Positions 18,702-29,269 of a stretch of DNA of 64,000 nucleotides are shown here, one piece after another (the stretch's first letter is position 1; each line of letters begins with the position of its first letter). The stretch is from assembly GCA_030599585.1 (NCBI GenBank), contig JAUVNS010000004.1, forward strand, positions 160,001 to 224,000, read 5' to 3'. Under the pieces are notes generated by a model that made no database searches, was not told where the DNA came from, and saw only the letters and a list, made by a program, of their open reading frames with translations. Source of the DNA: Promethearchaeota archaeon (lineage in GTDB: Archaea > Asgardarchaeota > Lokiarchaeia > Sigyniarchaeales > SOKP01). Made by a program: the position numbers and the translations under genes.

Positions 18702-19373
18702 TTAAATTTTTCCGGAAGCTTTAAGGATTTCAAGCGTCAACATCTCAAAAATTTCGCCTACGGAATTGCCTTCTTTAGCACTTGTTTCGAAATATTTCAT
18801 AGCATGCATTTCATATTTTACAGCTTCTCCATCCTGTTCTGCTACTTCTCGTTGACCTTGTTGTGCTAAATCAAGCTTATTACCAACGACTAAACACGGT
18901 TTCTGTCCAATAACTTTTTCAACTTCTTCTCGCCATTCTAGTAAATCTGCGAACGAAGAACGTCTAGTTAGATCAAACACATAAATTATACCCGTTGCTC
19001 CCCTATAAAATGGTGGTCTAACAAAGGAAAAATGCTTTTGACCAGCAAGATCCCACAACTGCAGTTTAACTTGTAATTCAGGGTGGTTAGGTAATTCCAC
19101 AGTTTTTGTGCTGAAATTCGACCCTATTGTCATTAAATAACTTTCTTTAAAGGAGTTTTCGCAATATCTGAGGACCATAGATGTCTTGCCTACACCTCCA
19201 TTTCCTACAACACAGATTTTATATATAAACGATTTCGCGTAAATTTGCCTCTGGATAGCTGGACTCGGGCGATCTGGTTTTTGGTAATATGATTTCGGGC
19301 GATCTGGTTTCGGGTAATATGATTTCGGGCGATCTGGTTTCGGGTAATTTGATTTTGGATAATCTGACGACAT
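18702..19373 (-). CDS. Rab-like small GTPase with repetitive N-terminal extension
   Basis: G1 GNGGVGKT, G2 TIG, G3 WDLAGQ, G4 NKLD, G5 ETSAK; no C-terminal Cys prenylation motif. Confidence 0.93.
   Translation of the reverse strand: MSSDYPKSNYPKPDRPKSYYPKPDRPKSYYQKPDRPSPAIQRQIYAKSFIYKICVVGNGGVGKTSMVLRYCENSFKESYLMTIGSNFSTKTVELPNHPELQVKLQLWDLAGQKHFSFVRPPFYRGATGIIYVFDLTRRSSFADLLEWREEVEKVIGQKPCLVVGNKLDLAQQGQREVAEQDGEAVKYEMHAMKYFETSAKEGNSVGEIFEMLTLEILKASGKI
19265..19355. repeat. 30-bp tandem repeat x3 encoding YPKPDRPKSY
   Basis: tcgggcgatctggttt(c/t)(g/t)ggtaat repeated at 30-bp period. Confidence 0.9.
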
Positions 19374-19580
19374 AGTGCTTCAATTATTTGGATTTAAAAA
19401 GCAAACTAAAATATAATTATATAATTACAACTAACTGAATTATAAAATTATTCATATTAAATATTATTTCTTTTACAATTAGTTATAATAATATATTATA
19501 TTCAAATAATAAAAATAATCATATTAAATATTTTAGCTATTTTCATTGTGATTTTGAAATAAATTAGGAGAATTTACAAC

Positions 19581-20360
19581 ATGAACGAGTTGAATACTAA
19601 AATTAAAAATTTTGCTAAATTAATCTTAGATGCTCAAAACATTGTAGCCTTAACTGGGGCAGGCATGGGGACTGAGAGCGGAATTGCTGATTTTAGAAGT
19701 CCGGGTACGGGTTTATGGGAAAAAGTTAATCCCGACGAGTTTGCTAGCATTCATTCTTATGTATCAGACCCTAAGAAAAACTTGAACTTTATGCTCGAAT
19801 TGGGTATGGCCATATTCAAAGCTAAACCTAATAAAGGTCATAAAGCAATGACTAAATTACAAAAGCTCGATAAATTAGATGGAATTCTCACTCAAAATAT
19901 TGATGGTTTGCATCAAAAAGCACACAGCAAGAATGTTGTAGAGCTACATGGAACTGCATATGAAGCGATATGTATGAGTTGTGGTAACATTTACCCAATT
20001 ACAATTATGATCGATCAGGTTAGAAACGGAAAATTTAGTCCATCATGTAAAACATGCGCCGGTTTATTAAAACCAAATGCCATCTTCTTCGGAGAACCTT
20101 TACGTTCAGAAACTCTAAGCCAAGCAGACAGATTAATAGAAGAATGCGATTTGCTGATTGTATTAGGTAGTTCATTGTTAGTATATCCAGTCGCGTTTTA
20201 TCCTAGAAAAGCACTTTCTTTAGGTGCGAAATTAGCGATTATTAACATTCAAGAAACTGATATAGATGCTTCAGCGGATGTGGTGATTCACGATAAGATT
20301 GGAGATGTTTTCCCTCTTATCGTTAATATTGTAAAAAATGAAATTGAAGAAGGATATTAA
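19581..20360 (+). CDS. cobB: NAD-dependent protein deacylase (Sir2 family)
   Basis: TGAG, DFRSP, TQNIDGLH, ELHG, two CxxC, GSSLLVYP. Confidence 0.93.
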   Translation: MNELNTKIKNFAKLILDAQNIVALTGAGMGTESGIADFRSPGTGLWEKVNPDEFASIHSYVSDPKKNLNFMLELGMAIFKAKPNKGHKAMTKLQKLDKLDGILTQNIDGLHQKAHSKNVVELHGTAYEAICMSCGNIYPITIMIDQVRNGKFSPSCKTCAGLLKPNAIFFGEPLRSETLSQADRLIEECDLLIVLGSSLLVYPVAFYPRKALSLGAKLAIINIQETDIDASADVVIHDKIGDVFPLIVNIVKNEIEEGY

Positions 20361-20456
20361 TTGTATATAATTCTACTTTTATCTCTTCAAGAATAATATA
20401 AAAAAGGAATAATAAATAAAAAAAAATTAGTTATTAAGCTCTGGGTATAATCCAGA

Positions 20457-22163
20457 TTATTTTCTCAGGCTTTTCTTATCAACTTTACCTACAGCAGTAA
20501 GAGGTAATTCTTCTGTTATTTCGATCAACTTGGGAACTTCATACGGAGAACAGTTCTCTTTAGCAAAAGCAGTAATATCTTTTTTTAAAGCTTCCTCATT
20601 TCCATCGTAATCATAGTCAGCATCTAATTGTATAACTGCTTTAACGATTTCAGAACCAGGTCTTTCAGGGTTATCAACGCCTATGGTAGCAACCATTCCG
20701 ATAGCTGGATGTTTAACTAAAGTATCTTCTAATTTTGCGGAAAATACCTTAAATCCTCCAACGATTATCATATCTTTCGTTCTATCGACGATCTTAACGT
20801 ATCCCTCTTCGTCCATTACTCCTACATCTCCAGTGTGCATAAAACCATCCTTATCTATTGCTTTTTTAGTTTCTTCGGGTTTATTGAAGTATCCTTTCAT
20901 AACTTGTGGGCCTTTTACGCAAATCTCACCAGCTTCTCCTAATGGCACGTCCTTACCTGTATTAGGATCTACTAACTTAAATTCCATGTTGTTAAGTGGT
21001 AAACCGATACTACCAAGTTTTTTAACCCCTATAGATGGATTGCTTGCTGTAAGCGGAGAGGTTTCAGTCATTCCATACGCTTCGATTAATTTACCTTTAC
21101 CTACAATAGCTTCGAATTCTCTTTGAGATTCCGCGGGAAAAGGCGCAGCGGCAGAAACGGCGAATAATAGTTTCGAATGGTCCAGTTCTTTAAATTTTGG
21201 ATTTTTCATCAAAATCTGGTAAAGAGAAGGGACATTTGCTAAAACTGAAGGTTCATACTTGGCCATTTCTTTAATAATGTGGTCTGAATCTCTTGGATTT
21301 GGTATTAAAACTTGGGTCCAGCCCAGAAAAATTACGTTTAAAGTCGTAAACGTTCCTGCGATGTGGAAGAATGGAAATCCTGAAAGAGCAACTCCTTTCC
21401 CTGCTTCCCAATTAAGCCATTTCTGAAATATAACAATATCAGAAACTATGTTTTTATGGGTTAGCATTGCTCCTTTTGGAGGTCCTGTGGTTCCACCAGT
21501 ATATTGAATGAATGCCAAATCACCTGGTTTTGTAGTTGTTTTTGGCAACTCTTTAGAATAGGTAGCAATAAGATCCTTATGAAAGTCCATTATTGTAACC
21601 CCTTCTAAAGGAGTAACCTTTCCTTTTGGAATTTTACCAATTAATTTTCCTAACACCTGCTTTATTTTTGGAAGGTAACCTCCTACGCTAGTAGTTATTA
21701 CTAATTTCAACTGCGGTATTTTTGAAGCGATTTTTGTTAATCTACCCGCAAAAATTGCATCTAAAGTCATTAGTGCGACTTTGTTCCCTCCAGTTCCTAA
21801 ATCGTTTAGTTGATATTGCATTTGAATATCTGAAAGTAGAGGTGAGACACCTGAAACAATGCAGCCTGCTTTTAGAGTACCAATAATTCCCATTAAATAT
21901 TCTGGCATATTTGGTAAATTTATACCTACGACATCACCAGTTTTAAACCCGTTTTCAATTAACATGTTGGCAAATTGATTTGAAGCCTCATCTAATTCTT
22001 TGTATGTAAAAGTTACTCCTAAATAATCAAAAGCCATTTTCTCCGGAAATTCCTTCATGGTTTGTCGAATAGCTTGGGGATAGGTCATATCAAACTCCTT
22101 AGGGTCCAGATCTTTGACGTGACTATCCCAAGATTTCGTCCATATTTTATCTTTATACGACAT
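20457..22163 (-). CDS. Long-chain acyl-CoA synthetase (AMP-binding)
   Basis: YTGGTTGPPKG, YGMTE, HTGD, DRTKDMI, GKVDKK. Confidence 0.92.
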   Translation of the reverse strand: MSYKDKIWTKSWDSHVKDLDPKEFDMTYPQAIRQTMKEFPEKMAFDYLGVTFTYKELDEASNQFANMLIENGFKTGDVVGINLPNMPEYLMGIIGTLKAGCIVSGVSPLLSDIQMQYQLNDLGTGGNKVALMTLDAIFAGRLTKIASKIPQLKLVITTSVGGYLPKIKQVLGKLIGKIPKGKVTPLEGVTIMDFHKDLIATYSKELPKTTTKPGDLAFIQYTGGTTGPPKGAMLTHKNIVSDIVIFQKWLNWEAGKGVALSGFPFFHIAGTFTTLNVIFLGWTQVLIPNPRDSDHIIKEMAKYEPSVLANVPSLYQILMKNPKFKELDHSKLLFAVSAAAPFPAESQREFEAIVGKGKLIEAYGMTETSPLTASNPSIGVKKLGSIGLPLNNMEFKLVDPNTGKDVPLGEAGEICVKGPQVMKGYFNKPEETKKAIDKDGFMHTGDVGVMDEEGYVKIVDRTKDMIIVGGFKVFSAKLEDTLVKHPAIGMVATIGVDNPERPGSEIVKAVIQLDADYDYDGNEEALKKDITAFAKENCSPYEVPKLIEITEELPLTAVGKVDKKSLRK

Positions 22164-22371
22164 TTTTTACATCGATTTCTTTTTATTTGAATTGTATATT
22201 AGAAAAAAGTGTTAAAAAATAGGAATGATTCTTTTCGATATAAAGTTTTAAGTTACGCTTTGAGTTTACAAGAATATTAGGGAATAAGATTTTGGAAGAT
22301 AAAAAAAATCTATAAATAGGAGAATGGGTATTCAAAATATAAAAAACAGAAAATAAAAAAAAATTTGAATT

Positions 22372-24087
22372 TTAACTCTTTCTTAAAGATTTCTTATCGA
22401 TTTTTCCTATAACCGTAAGTGGGAGTTCTTCAGCAATTTCAATAATTTTGGGAACTTCATATGGTGCACAATTCTCTTTCGCAAATTTGATAATATCCTC
22501 CCTAAGTGCTTCCTCGTTTCCATCGTATTCAAAATCAGGATTTAATTGGATGTGTGCCTTGACAATTTCCGAACCCGGTCTATCAGGGTTAGGCAATCCA
22601 ATTAAGGCAATCATTCCAATTGCAGGATGCTTAGCTAATACATCTTCTATTTTTGCTGAGAATACTTTAAATCCTCCAACAATGATCATATCTTTTGTAC
22701 GATCGACAATTCGGATATAACCATCTTCGTCCATTATTCCTACATCGCCGCTGTGCATATACCCGTCTGAATCTATTGCTTTTTTGGTTTCTTCAGGTTT
22801 ATTGTAATAACCCTGCATGACAAGTGGTCCTTTTACGCAAATTTCACCAGGTTCCCCTAATGGAACTTCCTTACCGGTTTCAGGATCGACAAGCTTTAAT
22901 TCAACATTTAAGAAAGGCATTCCTACAGTACCCAATTTTTTCTTCCCTATCGAGGGATTCATACTCGCGACGGGACTTAGCTCAGTCATACCGTAAAGTT
23001 CTAATAATTTTCCTTCACCTACTATGCTTTCCAATGCTTCTTGAGATTCTTTTGGAAATGGAGCTGCTGCAGAGATGCACGATACTAAATTAGAATGATC
23101 TAACCTTTTGAACTTTCGAAAATTAATCAGAATCTGGTATAAAGAAGGCACATTCACCATAACTGTTGGTTTATATTTTTTCATCTCGTTACAAATACCT
23201 AAAGCATCTCTTGGGTTAGCTATAAGTATTTGGCCCCAACCAAATAATAGAGCGCTTTCGCTCACAGTTAAACCGGCTATATGAAACATTGGAAACCCTG
23301 AACATAACATCCCTTTAGCTTCTTCCCATTGAAGCCAAGCTTTGTTACTTAACATATTTGAAGCACAGTTTCTATGACTCAACATTGCACCTTTAGGAGG
23401 ACCTGTTGTACCGCCAGTATATTGAATCCAACCAATATCGTCCGGAGATATATCAACTTTAGGCAGATCAGTAGGATATTTTGCCAAAACATCATCTTGA
23501 TAATGAAGGACGGTTTTTCCCTCTAATGGTGTGATTTCACCCGAGGGGATTTCCCTAACGGCTTTAATTTTTGCTTGATCCTCTTTTGAAAACGATCCTA
23601 TTACTGACGTTCCTATTACAAGCTTAAGCTGAGGTAATTTATCAGCAATTTTCTTCAACCTATGTTCAAAAATTGCATCAAGAGTGACTAACGCAACATT
23701 CTTTCCTCCCGCTCCAAGGTCTTCTATCTGATAGTGCATTTGGACATCAGACATTAGAGGGCTAACACCAGAAACAATACAACCTGCTTTAAGCGTACCA
23801 ACAACGGAGTACATGTATTCTGGAGTATTTGGTAAATTAATTCCCACTACGTCGCCTTTTTTAAATCCATTATCAATCAACATGTTAGCAAATTGATTGG
23901 AATACTGATCCACTTCTCTAAAAGTAATTTCTAAACCCTGAAAAGCAAGTGCCATATTATCAGGATATTTTTCGAATATAGGTCTTAACATTTCGGGATA
24001 TGTAGTTTCAAACTCTTTCGGATCGAGATCTGTGAGACCTGGGTCCCAATTCTTTCGCCAAAATCTACTTTCGTACGGACTCGACAT
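22372..24087 (-). CDS. Long-chain acyl-CoA synthetase, tandem paralogue
   Basis: Same motifs and near-collinear similarity to 20457-22163. Confidence 0.92.
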   Translation of the reverse strand: MSSPYESRFWRKNWDPGLTDLDPKEFETTYPEMLRPIFEKYPDNMALAFQGLEITFREVDQYSNQFANMLIDNGFKKGDVVGINLPNTPEYMYSVVGTLKAGCIVSGVSPLMSDVQMHYQIEDLGAGGKNVALVTLDAIFEHRLKKIADKLPQLKLVIGTSVIGSFSKEDQAKIKAVREIPSGEITPLEGKTVLHYQDDVLAKYPTDLPKVDISPDDIGWIQYTGGTTGPPKGAMLSHRNCASNMLSNKAWLQWEEAKGMLCSGFPMFHIAGLTVSESALLFGWGQILIANPRDALGICNEMKKYKPTVMVNVPSLYQILINFRKFKRLDHSNLVSCISAAAPFPKESQEALESIVGEGKLLELYGMTELSPVASMNPSIGKKKLGTVGMPFLNVELKLVDPETGKEVPLGEPGEICVKGPLVMQGYYNKPEETKKAIDSDGYMHSGDVGIMDEDGYIRIVDRTKDMIIVGGFKVFSAKIEDVLAKHPAIGMIALIGLPNPDRPGSEIVKAHIQLNPDFEYDGNEEALREDIIKFAKENCAPYEVPKIIEIAEELPLTVIGKIDKKSLRKS

Positions 24088-24445
24088 TTTTTATATTCAC
24101 ATTTTTTCCGTTTTTGATTAAATAAAATTTGTTAATAATTAATACTGACGATATTGGTTATAAAGTTTTGAATTTTAGATCATTTATTAAAAATTTTTGT
24201 TTGAAAAAGTAGAACTTCGATAATTTTAAATTCTACTAAAATACCGTAATGATTTTTGTCGGCCCATTAAAAGCTCGAAATTACAAACCTTATTTCATTT
24301 TTACTTCTACTTTCCTCCCTCGGTCTCTATGGAATGGTAATATTTTTAAAGGGAATTACCCTTCTAGCTTGAGTAATATTCTTACGAAATTTATATGTGC
24401 TTCCAGCAAATTTTAGAAAATTGTCGGAGTTACACGATTTTAGTT

Positions 24446-24459
24446 TGAAGTATACTTCA
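24446..24459. promoter_or_regulatory. Perfect 14-bp palindrome TGAAGTATACTTCA, candidate operator
   Basis: 8 nt upstream of the ATG opening the radA-like/polB2 cassette. Confidence 0.45.
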
Positions 24460-24467
24460 CTTAGATA

Positions 24468-25223
24468 ATGTCTTTCAGATCGGGGTTAAAAGTGTATCGG
24501 AAAAACAAGAGCGTTCCTTTAGTTTCGAGCGGTGATTCAACACTGGACGAGTTATTGGGCGGAGGTGGTTTTCATAAAGACTTGGTTTATCTTCTTTATG
24601 GAGATAAAAAAAAAACTTCGAACATTTTATTGACCACTTCTGTTATTGCTCAGAAATCTTTCGCTAATGGCGGTCTTGGAGAGAAAATTAAGGTTGCGTA
24701 TATCGACGCAAATAATTGCTTCAATCCATATAGCGCAAGTAAATTTGCTGTTTCCCAAAATTTATCACCTCGAAAAGTGTTAGAAAACATTGTTATTGCT
24801 CGTGCGTTTACTTGGGATCAAATGGTAGAGCTTCTAGAGAATAAACTCTCCAAGCTTGAAGACACAAAAGTTGTTTTAATTTCTGGTATTACTACATTGT
24901 TTCAGAGTTACGAAAAGCAGACATATGAGGATTTACTAAGAGCGATTAATGGAATTAAAACGATTCTCTCTAAAACAAGACCATTAATCATTTTAACTGC
25001 GCCCTTACACGAATTTTCTCTTTATAGGCCTAATGGCGGGAAAATACTCTCCCACTTCGGAAGTGTATTAGTAATGATAAACGAAGATGAGCGGTATACA
25101 GAATATGTTCTTGTTCAACACCCTTACTTGCCGGAAAATGGCCTTCGAAAGTGGAAGCCGCGCCTTCCTAAAAGAAATTTGGCAAATACTACGAAAAACA
25201 TGACTTTAGATTGCTGGTTTTAG
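24468..25223 (+). CDS. Inactivated RadA/RecA-like protein of PolB2 cassette
   Basis: SSGDSTLDELLGGG, AYIDANNCF, NIVIARAFT; Walker A degenerate (YGDKKKTS), Walker B Asp lost (VVLISG). Confidence 0.85.
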   Translation: MSFRSGLKVYRKNKSVPLVSSGDSTLDELLGGGGFHKDLVYLLYGDKKKTSNILLTTSVIAQKSFANGGLGEKIKVAYIDANNCFNPYSASKFAVSQNLSPRKVLENIVIARAFTWDQMVELLENKLSKLEDTKVVLISGITTLFQSYEKQTYEDLLRAINGIKTILSKTRPLIILTAPLHEFSLYRPNGGKILSHFGSVLVMINEDERYTEYVLVQHPYLPENGLRKWKPRLPKRNLANTTKNMTLDCWF

Positions 25224-25335
25224 TTAATTAGAAACGATTATTGAGTTAAACAAAAAAAATTAGTAAATTTCAAAGGTACTTTTCTTTAAATTTCCTTAAA
25301 AACTTACTAACGAGATACTTGAAATAATACCGAAC

Positions 25336-25617
25336 GTGTATAATATGGGAAGAACAGTACCTGCTTTTAGACCTGCTTTAGAGCATGAAATAGAGAGTTG
25401 GAAAGACTTCAAAAGAGCACTTAGGCCAGAGGATCGAACAATTTTTAATAAATTGATGAATTACGCGAGAATCCATGCTGATGCTGGTAGCTTAGGAGCT
25501 CGCCCAATGCTCTCCGAAATTCTTTTTATTTCGTTTGCAATTGAACAAGAAAGGAAGATTGGGCGATTGGAGAAGAAAATCGAAGAATTTCAGGAATTAA
25601 TAAAAGGAAAAGAATGA
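25336..25617 (+). CDS. PolB2-associated small helical protein (arCOG07300-like)
   Basis: MGRTVPAFR...WKDFKRALRPEDR..F signature; stop overlaps polB2 start (ATGA). Confidence 0.8.
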   Translation: MYNMGRTVPAFRPALEHEIESWKDFKRALRPEDRTIFNKLMNYARIHADAGSLGARPMLSEILFISFAIEQERKIGRLEKKIEEFQELIKGKE

Positions 25618-28025
25618 CGTTGGATTCGCAAACGACTTTTAATGGGTGGCTTCTCGATGTATCCACGTATAGCGAAGGAGTTATCCTCTGGGTAAAAACC
25701 GCAAAAGAACAGAAAGTAATAAGAATATACCATCAGTTCAATCCCGAATTTTTCGCTGCTACTAAAGATGACGTTGGTAATGACTTAAAGAGAATGCAAT
25801 ATATTCTTACTCAAAATGAGAATGTAAAGAAAGTCCGTATTTGCGAAAAATATGTGAAGCTAGAAGACCACGAAAAAACGAAAGTTCTTGGCGTCGCTGT
25901 TGAAAAACCGTCAGTGTTCAAGAAAACTATTAAAGAAATCGATAAAATAGGGCTATTTACACTGTATAATACAGACCTCCCAATTGCTCAGATGTATTTC
26001 TATGTCAACGACCTTTTCCCTATGTCTTTTTGCCAATTCAAAATCAAAGTTGAAAAGGGTAATAGTAAGAAGACAAACATTTTGCGTCTCGTTTCTATAG
26101 ATTTACAAGACGATAATGAAAAACTTTTTTACGATTTACCCCCACTAAGAGCCGTCTGGTTAGACGTAAAAATTGATTACCAAGGAATTAAACCGTATTA
26201 TAACGATCCTATTTCTTATGCTGAAATCAGTATCGTTCAAAACAAGGACGGAGTTCCTCGTGCAGATGGGTATAAAAAACGGAAAATAGTAATTGACAAG
26301 GGAAGTGAAGCTGAAATCATAGGAACCATCAGTAAAGTGATTGAACGCCTTAATCCCGATATTATCCTTACTTATAATGGAGACGAGTTCCTCTTCCCTT
26401 ACTTGGTTGCCCGAGCTTCAGAGAATCGAATGTCAAATGATCTCTATTTATCCCGAGATAAAAAACCTCTAGCAAAGTGTATCTTCGATCTTTCTGGAGG
26501 TTCAGATCATTACATGTCTTATGGGGTTATCCGGAGGCGTTCTAGCACGCAAGTTTACCTAAGTGGCAGGTTTCACTTAGATACAACTACTTACGCCAGC
26601 CTTCACTTTTCTGAAGGTAATATTCCCGGAGTTATTGAAGTTGCGCGTATATCGAGAATTACGCTCCAGAGGTTAAGTCGTATAACCATCGGTGGAGCGC
26701 TCCAATCAATACAGTATTATTTCGCTTACAAACTTGACCATCTGATTCCTCCATTCAAAAAAAATCCTGAAGGCTTCAACAGCGGAATGGATTTAATAAG
26801 AAGCGATCGTGGTGGCCATATCTTCGAACCAATCATAGGAGTGTTTGACCAAGTAGTAGAACTAGATTTTTCCTCGATGTATCCTTCTTTAATGGCTACC
26901 TTTAACATCTCATCAGAGACTATAAATTGTAAATGTTGCGAAGCCGACGGTACGGGTACAAAAGTACCAGGGTTAGACTTCCATATTTGTTCAAAAAGGG
27001 AAGGCATTATATCCAAATCTATTAGCTTACCACTAAAAAAAAGATTAAAATACAAAGCGTACGTGCGCAAAACTGGAAGCGTTCGCTATAACTTCGTTGA
27101 TATCGCTCTTAAATGGGTGCTTGTAGTAAGTTTTGGATATTTAGGCTTCAAAAATGCTCGATTTGGAAAGATAGAAGCACATCAGACAGTTTGTGCTTTT
27201 GCTCGCGAGTTTCTCATGCGTTCTGCTGAGATTGCTGAAGAACATGGGTGTAAAATCATACATGGAATTGTCGATTCAATATGGTTGAAAGACACAAAAA
27301 ATCGGAGCCCTGAAGAATTCGAAGAAGTAACAAAGGAAGTTGCGAATGAAATAACTAGAAGCGTAGGTATTCCAATGAGTTGGGATGGACGTTATAATGT
27401 AATTGTTTTTCTTCCCTCGAAAGCAGAACCCGATATCCCGGCGCTAAGTCATTATTGGGGTATTAAGAGCGATGGAGAAATAAAAGTACGAGGAATTGAA
27501 GTTAGACGTAGAGATATTCCTAAAATCGTTAAAGACGCTCAATATGCATTTATAGATGTGTTTCAAGGCGCAAAAACCGCCGAAGAATTTAAGCAAAGGA
27601 TACAAAAAGCCAAGAGCGTGCTCTACCGTTATATAGATAAGATAGAGACTGGTAAAGTTTCGCGTGATGAGCTTACAATACGCCAAAGAATCTCAAAAAA
27701 ACCTTCACAATACAAGGTAAATTCTTATCAAGCTGTTGCTGCAAGACAATTAGAAAGATCGGGCGTTGTGGTGACCCCTGGTAAAAATGTTCGCTATATT
27801 ATACTCAATGCCGATGCTGATCCAGAATTCCCCGAAAAAAAAGTTATTCTATCAGATATTTATGATGATAAAAAGCATAAATACGATAGAAGGAAGTATA
27901 CCGAACTCCTTAAAAGAGCTTTTGAGAGCATTTTTCCTTTCGAATTTCCTGAGCTTGAAGAATTAGTAAAGTCAGATCTCATGAGGAAATCTAATCAAAA
28001 GGATTTATATAGCTTTACGGAATAA
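25614..28025 (+). CDS. polB2: Family B DNA polymerase, PolB2 group
   Basis: RGGHIFEP, DFSSMYPS, LKWVLVVSFGYLG, variant motif C HGIVDS, RGIEVRRRD; exo I lacks Glu (LDVK). Confidence 0.9.
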   Translation: MTLDSQTTFNGWLLDVSTYSEGVILWVKTAKEQKVIRIYHQFNPEFFAATKDDVGNDLKRMQYILTQNENVKKVRICEKYVKLEDHEKTKVLGVAVEKPSVFKKTIKEIDKIGLFTLYNTDLPIAQMYFYVNDLFPMSFCQFKIKVEKGNSKKTNILRLVSIDLQDDNEKLFYDLPPLRAVWLDVKIDYQGIKPYYNDPISYAEISIVQNKDGVPRADGYKKRKIVIDKGSEAEIIGTISKVIERLNPDIILTYNGDEFLFPYLVARASENRMSNDLYLSRDKKPLAKCIFDLSGGSDHYMSYGVIRRRSSTQVYLSGRFHLDTTTYASLHFSEGNIPGVIEVARISRITLQRLSRITIGGALQSIQYYFAYKLDHLIPPFKKNPEGFNSGMDLIRSDRGGHIFEPIIGVFDQVVELDFSSMYPSLMATFNISSETINCKCCEADGTGTKVPGLDFHICSKREGIISKSISLPLKKRLKYKAYVRKTGSVRYNFVDIALKWVLVVSFGYLGFKNARFGKIEAHQTVCAFAREFLMRSAEIAEEHGCKIIHGIVDSIWLKDTKNRSPEEFEEVTKEVANEITRSVGIPMSWDGRYNVIVFLPSKAEPDIPALSHYWGIKSDGEIKVRGIEVRRRDIPKIVKDAQYAFIDVFQGAKTAEEFKQRIQKAKSVLYRYIDKIETGKVSRDELTIRQRISKKPSQYKVNSYQAVAARQLERSGVVVTPGKNVRYIILNADADPEFPEKKVILSDIYDDKKHKYDRRKYTELLKRAFESIFPFEFPELEELVKSDLMRKSNQKDLYSFTE

Positions 28026-28034
28026 AAAAAAAAG

Positions 28035-28658
28035 TTATTTAAAGGGTTGTCTTATAACAGTTTTCATAGTTACTGGATTAGCCTTCCGTGGATCGCTCAG
28101 ATAAATCTCATGGTGTTTTTGATTTTTGCCATCGAATTTACCTCCTTTTTTCTGAATGAAATCATGCACTTTTTGAACAGTTGGTCCTTCTTCCGAATAA
28201 GGCCCTATATGCATAATTTGAGCTGCCTTACCTTCTTTATACTTTTCTAATCTGAGTTTAGGAAGTAATTCTGAAAGTTCAGGTTTCTTCTTTTTGGTTA
28301 TCGATATTGCTTCATTTATCATATCTTGAGTAACCCAACCAGGTTGCATAATCATCATAGTCCATTTCCACCTATCGCGATTTCCTTCAGTAAAATCATT
28401 CATGTTATCAGCCCACCATAATCCTTCTAAGGGAGGAACGACATAATCTTTCCCTTTTGCTTTACTAAGGAATTTAGTTTTAAAAGCAATAGGATATAAA
28501 ACGGCAAGAGCATCTTGATACTCTTTCGAATCGCCTGGTGATCCCATTCCATCAATCATTAAGAACTGTATTTCTGGTACATCTACTAAGACAACTTCTT
28601 TTGGTTTTGGTTGATAAAATTCTTTCATAGTTTTCTTGAAATCTATTTTCACCGGCAT
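28035..28658 (-). CDS. GyrI-like small-molecule-binding domain protein
   Basis: PPLEGLWW, HIGPYSEE, HHEIYLSDPR, KTVIRQP. Confidence 0.88.
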   Translation of the reverse strand: MPVKIDFKKTMKEFYQPKPKEVVLVDVPEIQFLMIDGMGSPGDSKEYQDALAVLYPIAFKTKFLSKAKGKDYVVPPLEGLWWADNMNDFTEGNRDRWKWTMMIMQPGWVTQDMINEAISITKKKKPELSELLPKLRLEKYKEGKAAQIMHIGPYSEEGPTVQKVHDFIQKKGGKFDGKNQKHHEIYLSDPRKANPVTMKTVIRQPFK

Positions 28659-28714
28659 GATGTTTTCACTTTCTTATTTAAAATTAAAAAAAAGAAATTA
28701 GTTTTTCGATAAAA

Positions 28715-29269
28715 TCAGATAATAAAAGGCATCATAAAGAAGTCAATAAAGATCGCGACTAAACATATAAATTCCATTATAACCCATAAGTTTCTTTTTA
28801 TGCTCCTTAAACCTTTGAAGGATTTCCCTGAATAACTAATTGTATTGTAGATTATAATCAATATCCATGTAACTACCAAAAAGACGCTAGGGACTAATAG
28901 AGCGTATAATACCTGTCCAATAAAGTCTAATAAGTACACATATGTTAAAATTGAGAAACCGATTATAACTAAAGTAAAACCCATACCAAAAGTATATTCT
29001 GCAAAGCTAACGAATCGATTCACTTTTACTTCATCAAAATCTTCTAATTTTAGCTCAAATGATGCCCTAGAATTTGAAGAAACAGAATTTACAAACAGTA
29101 TGAAAGCTACCATCAACAAAAAAGTAGCTGTAACGATTCCTCTTGTTGGGGGTACCTGCCAAATTAAAGCAAGAATCGTTAAAACTGCTGCAATCATGGT
29201 AGTGCTAAGAATAATCCAATCTCTGACATTCAAAATTTTGTTTTGGCTATTTTCTTCCATCTTACTCAC
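28715..29269 (-). CDS. Hypothetical membrane protein (about 5 TM)
   Basis: Hydrophobic segments throughout 184 aa. Confidence 0.7.
   Translation of the reverse strand: MSKMEENSQNKILNVRDWIILSTTMIAAVLTILALIWQVPPTRGIVTATFLLMVAFILFVNSVSSNSRASFELKLEDFDEVKVNRFVSFAEYTFGMGFTLVIIGFSILTYVYLLDFIGQVLYALLVPSVFLVVTWILIIIYNTISYSGKSFKGLRSIKRNLWVIMEFICLVAIFIDFFMMPFII

Noticed and set aside
17797-19355. Tandem repeats as possible CRISPR array
   Set aside because: No unique spacers; repeats are in-frame coding units and no cas genes are present.
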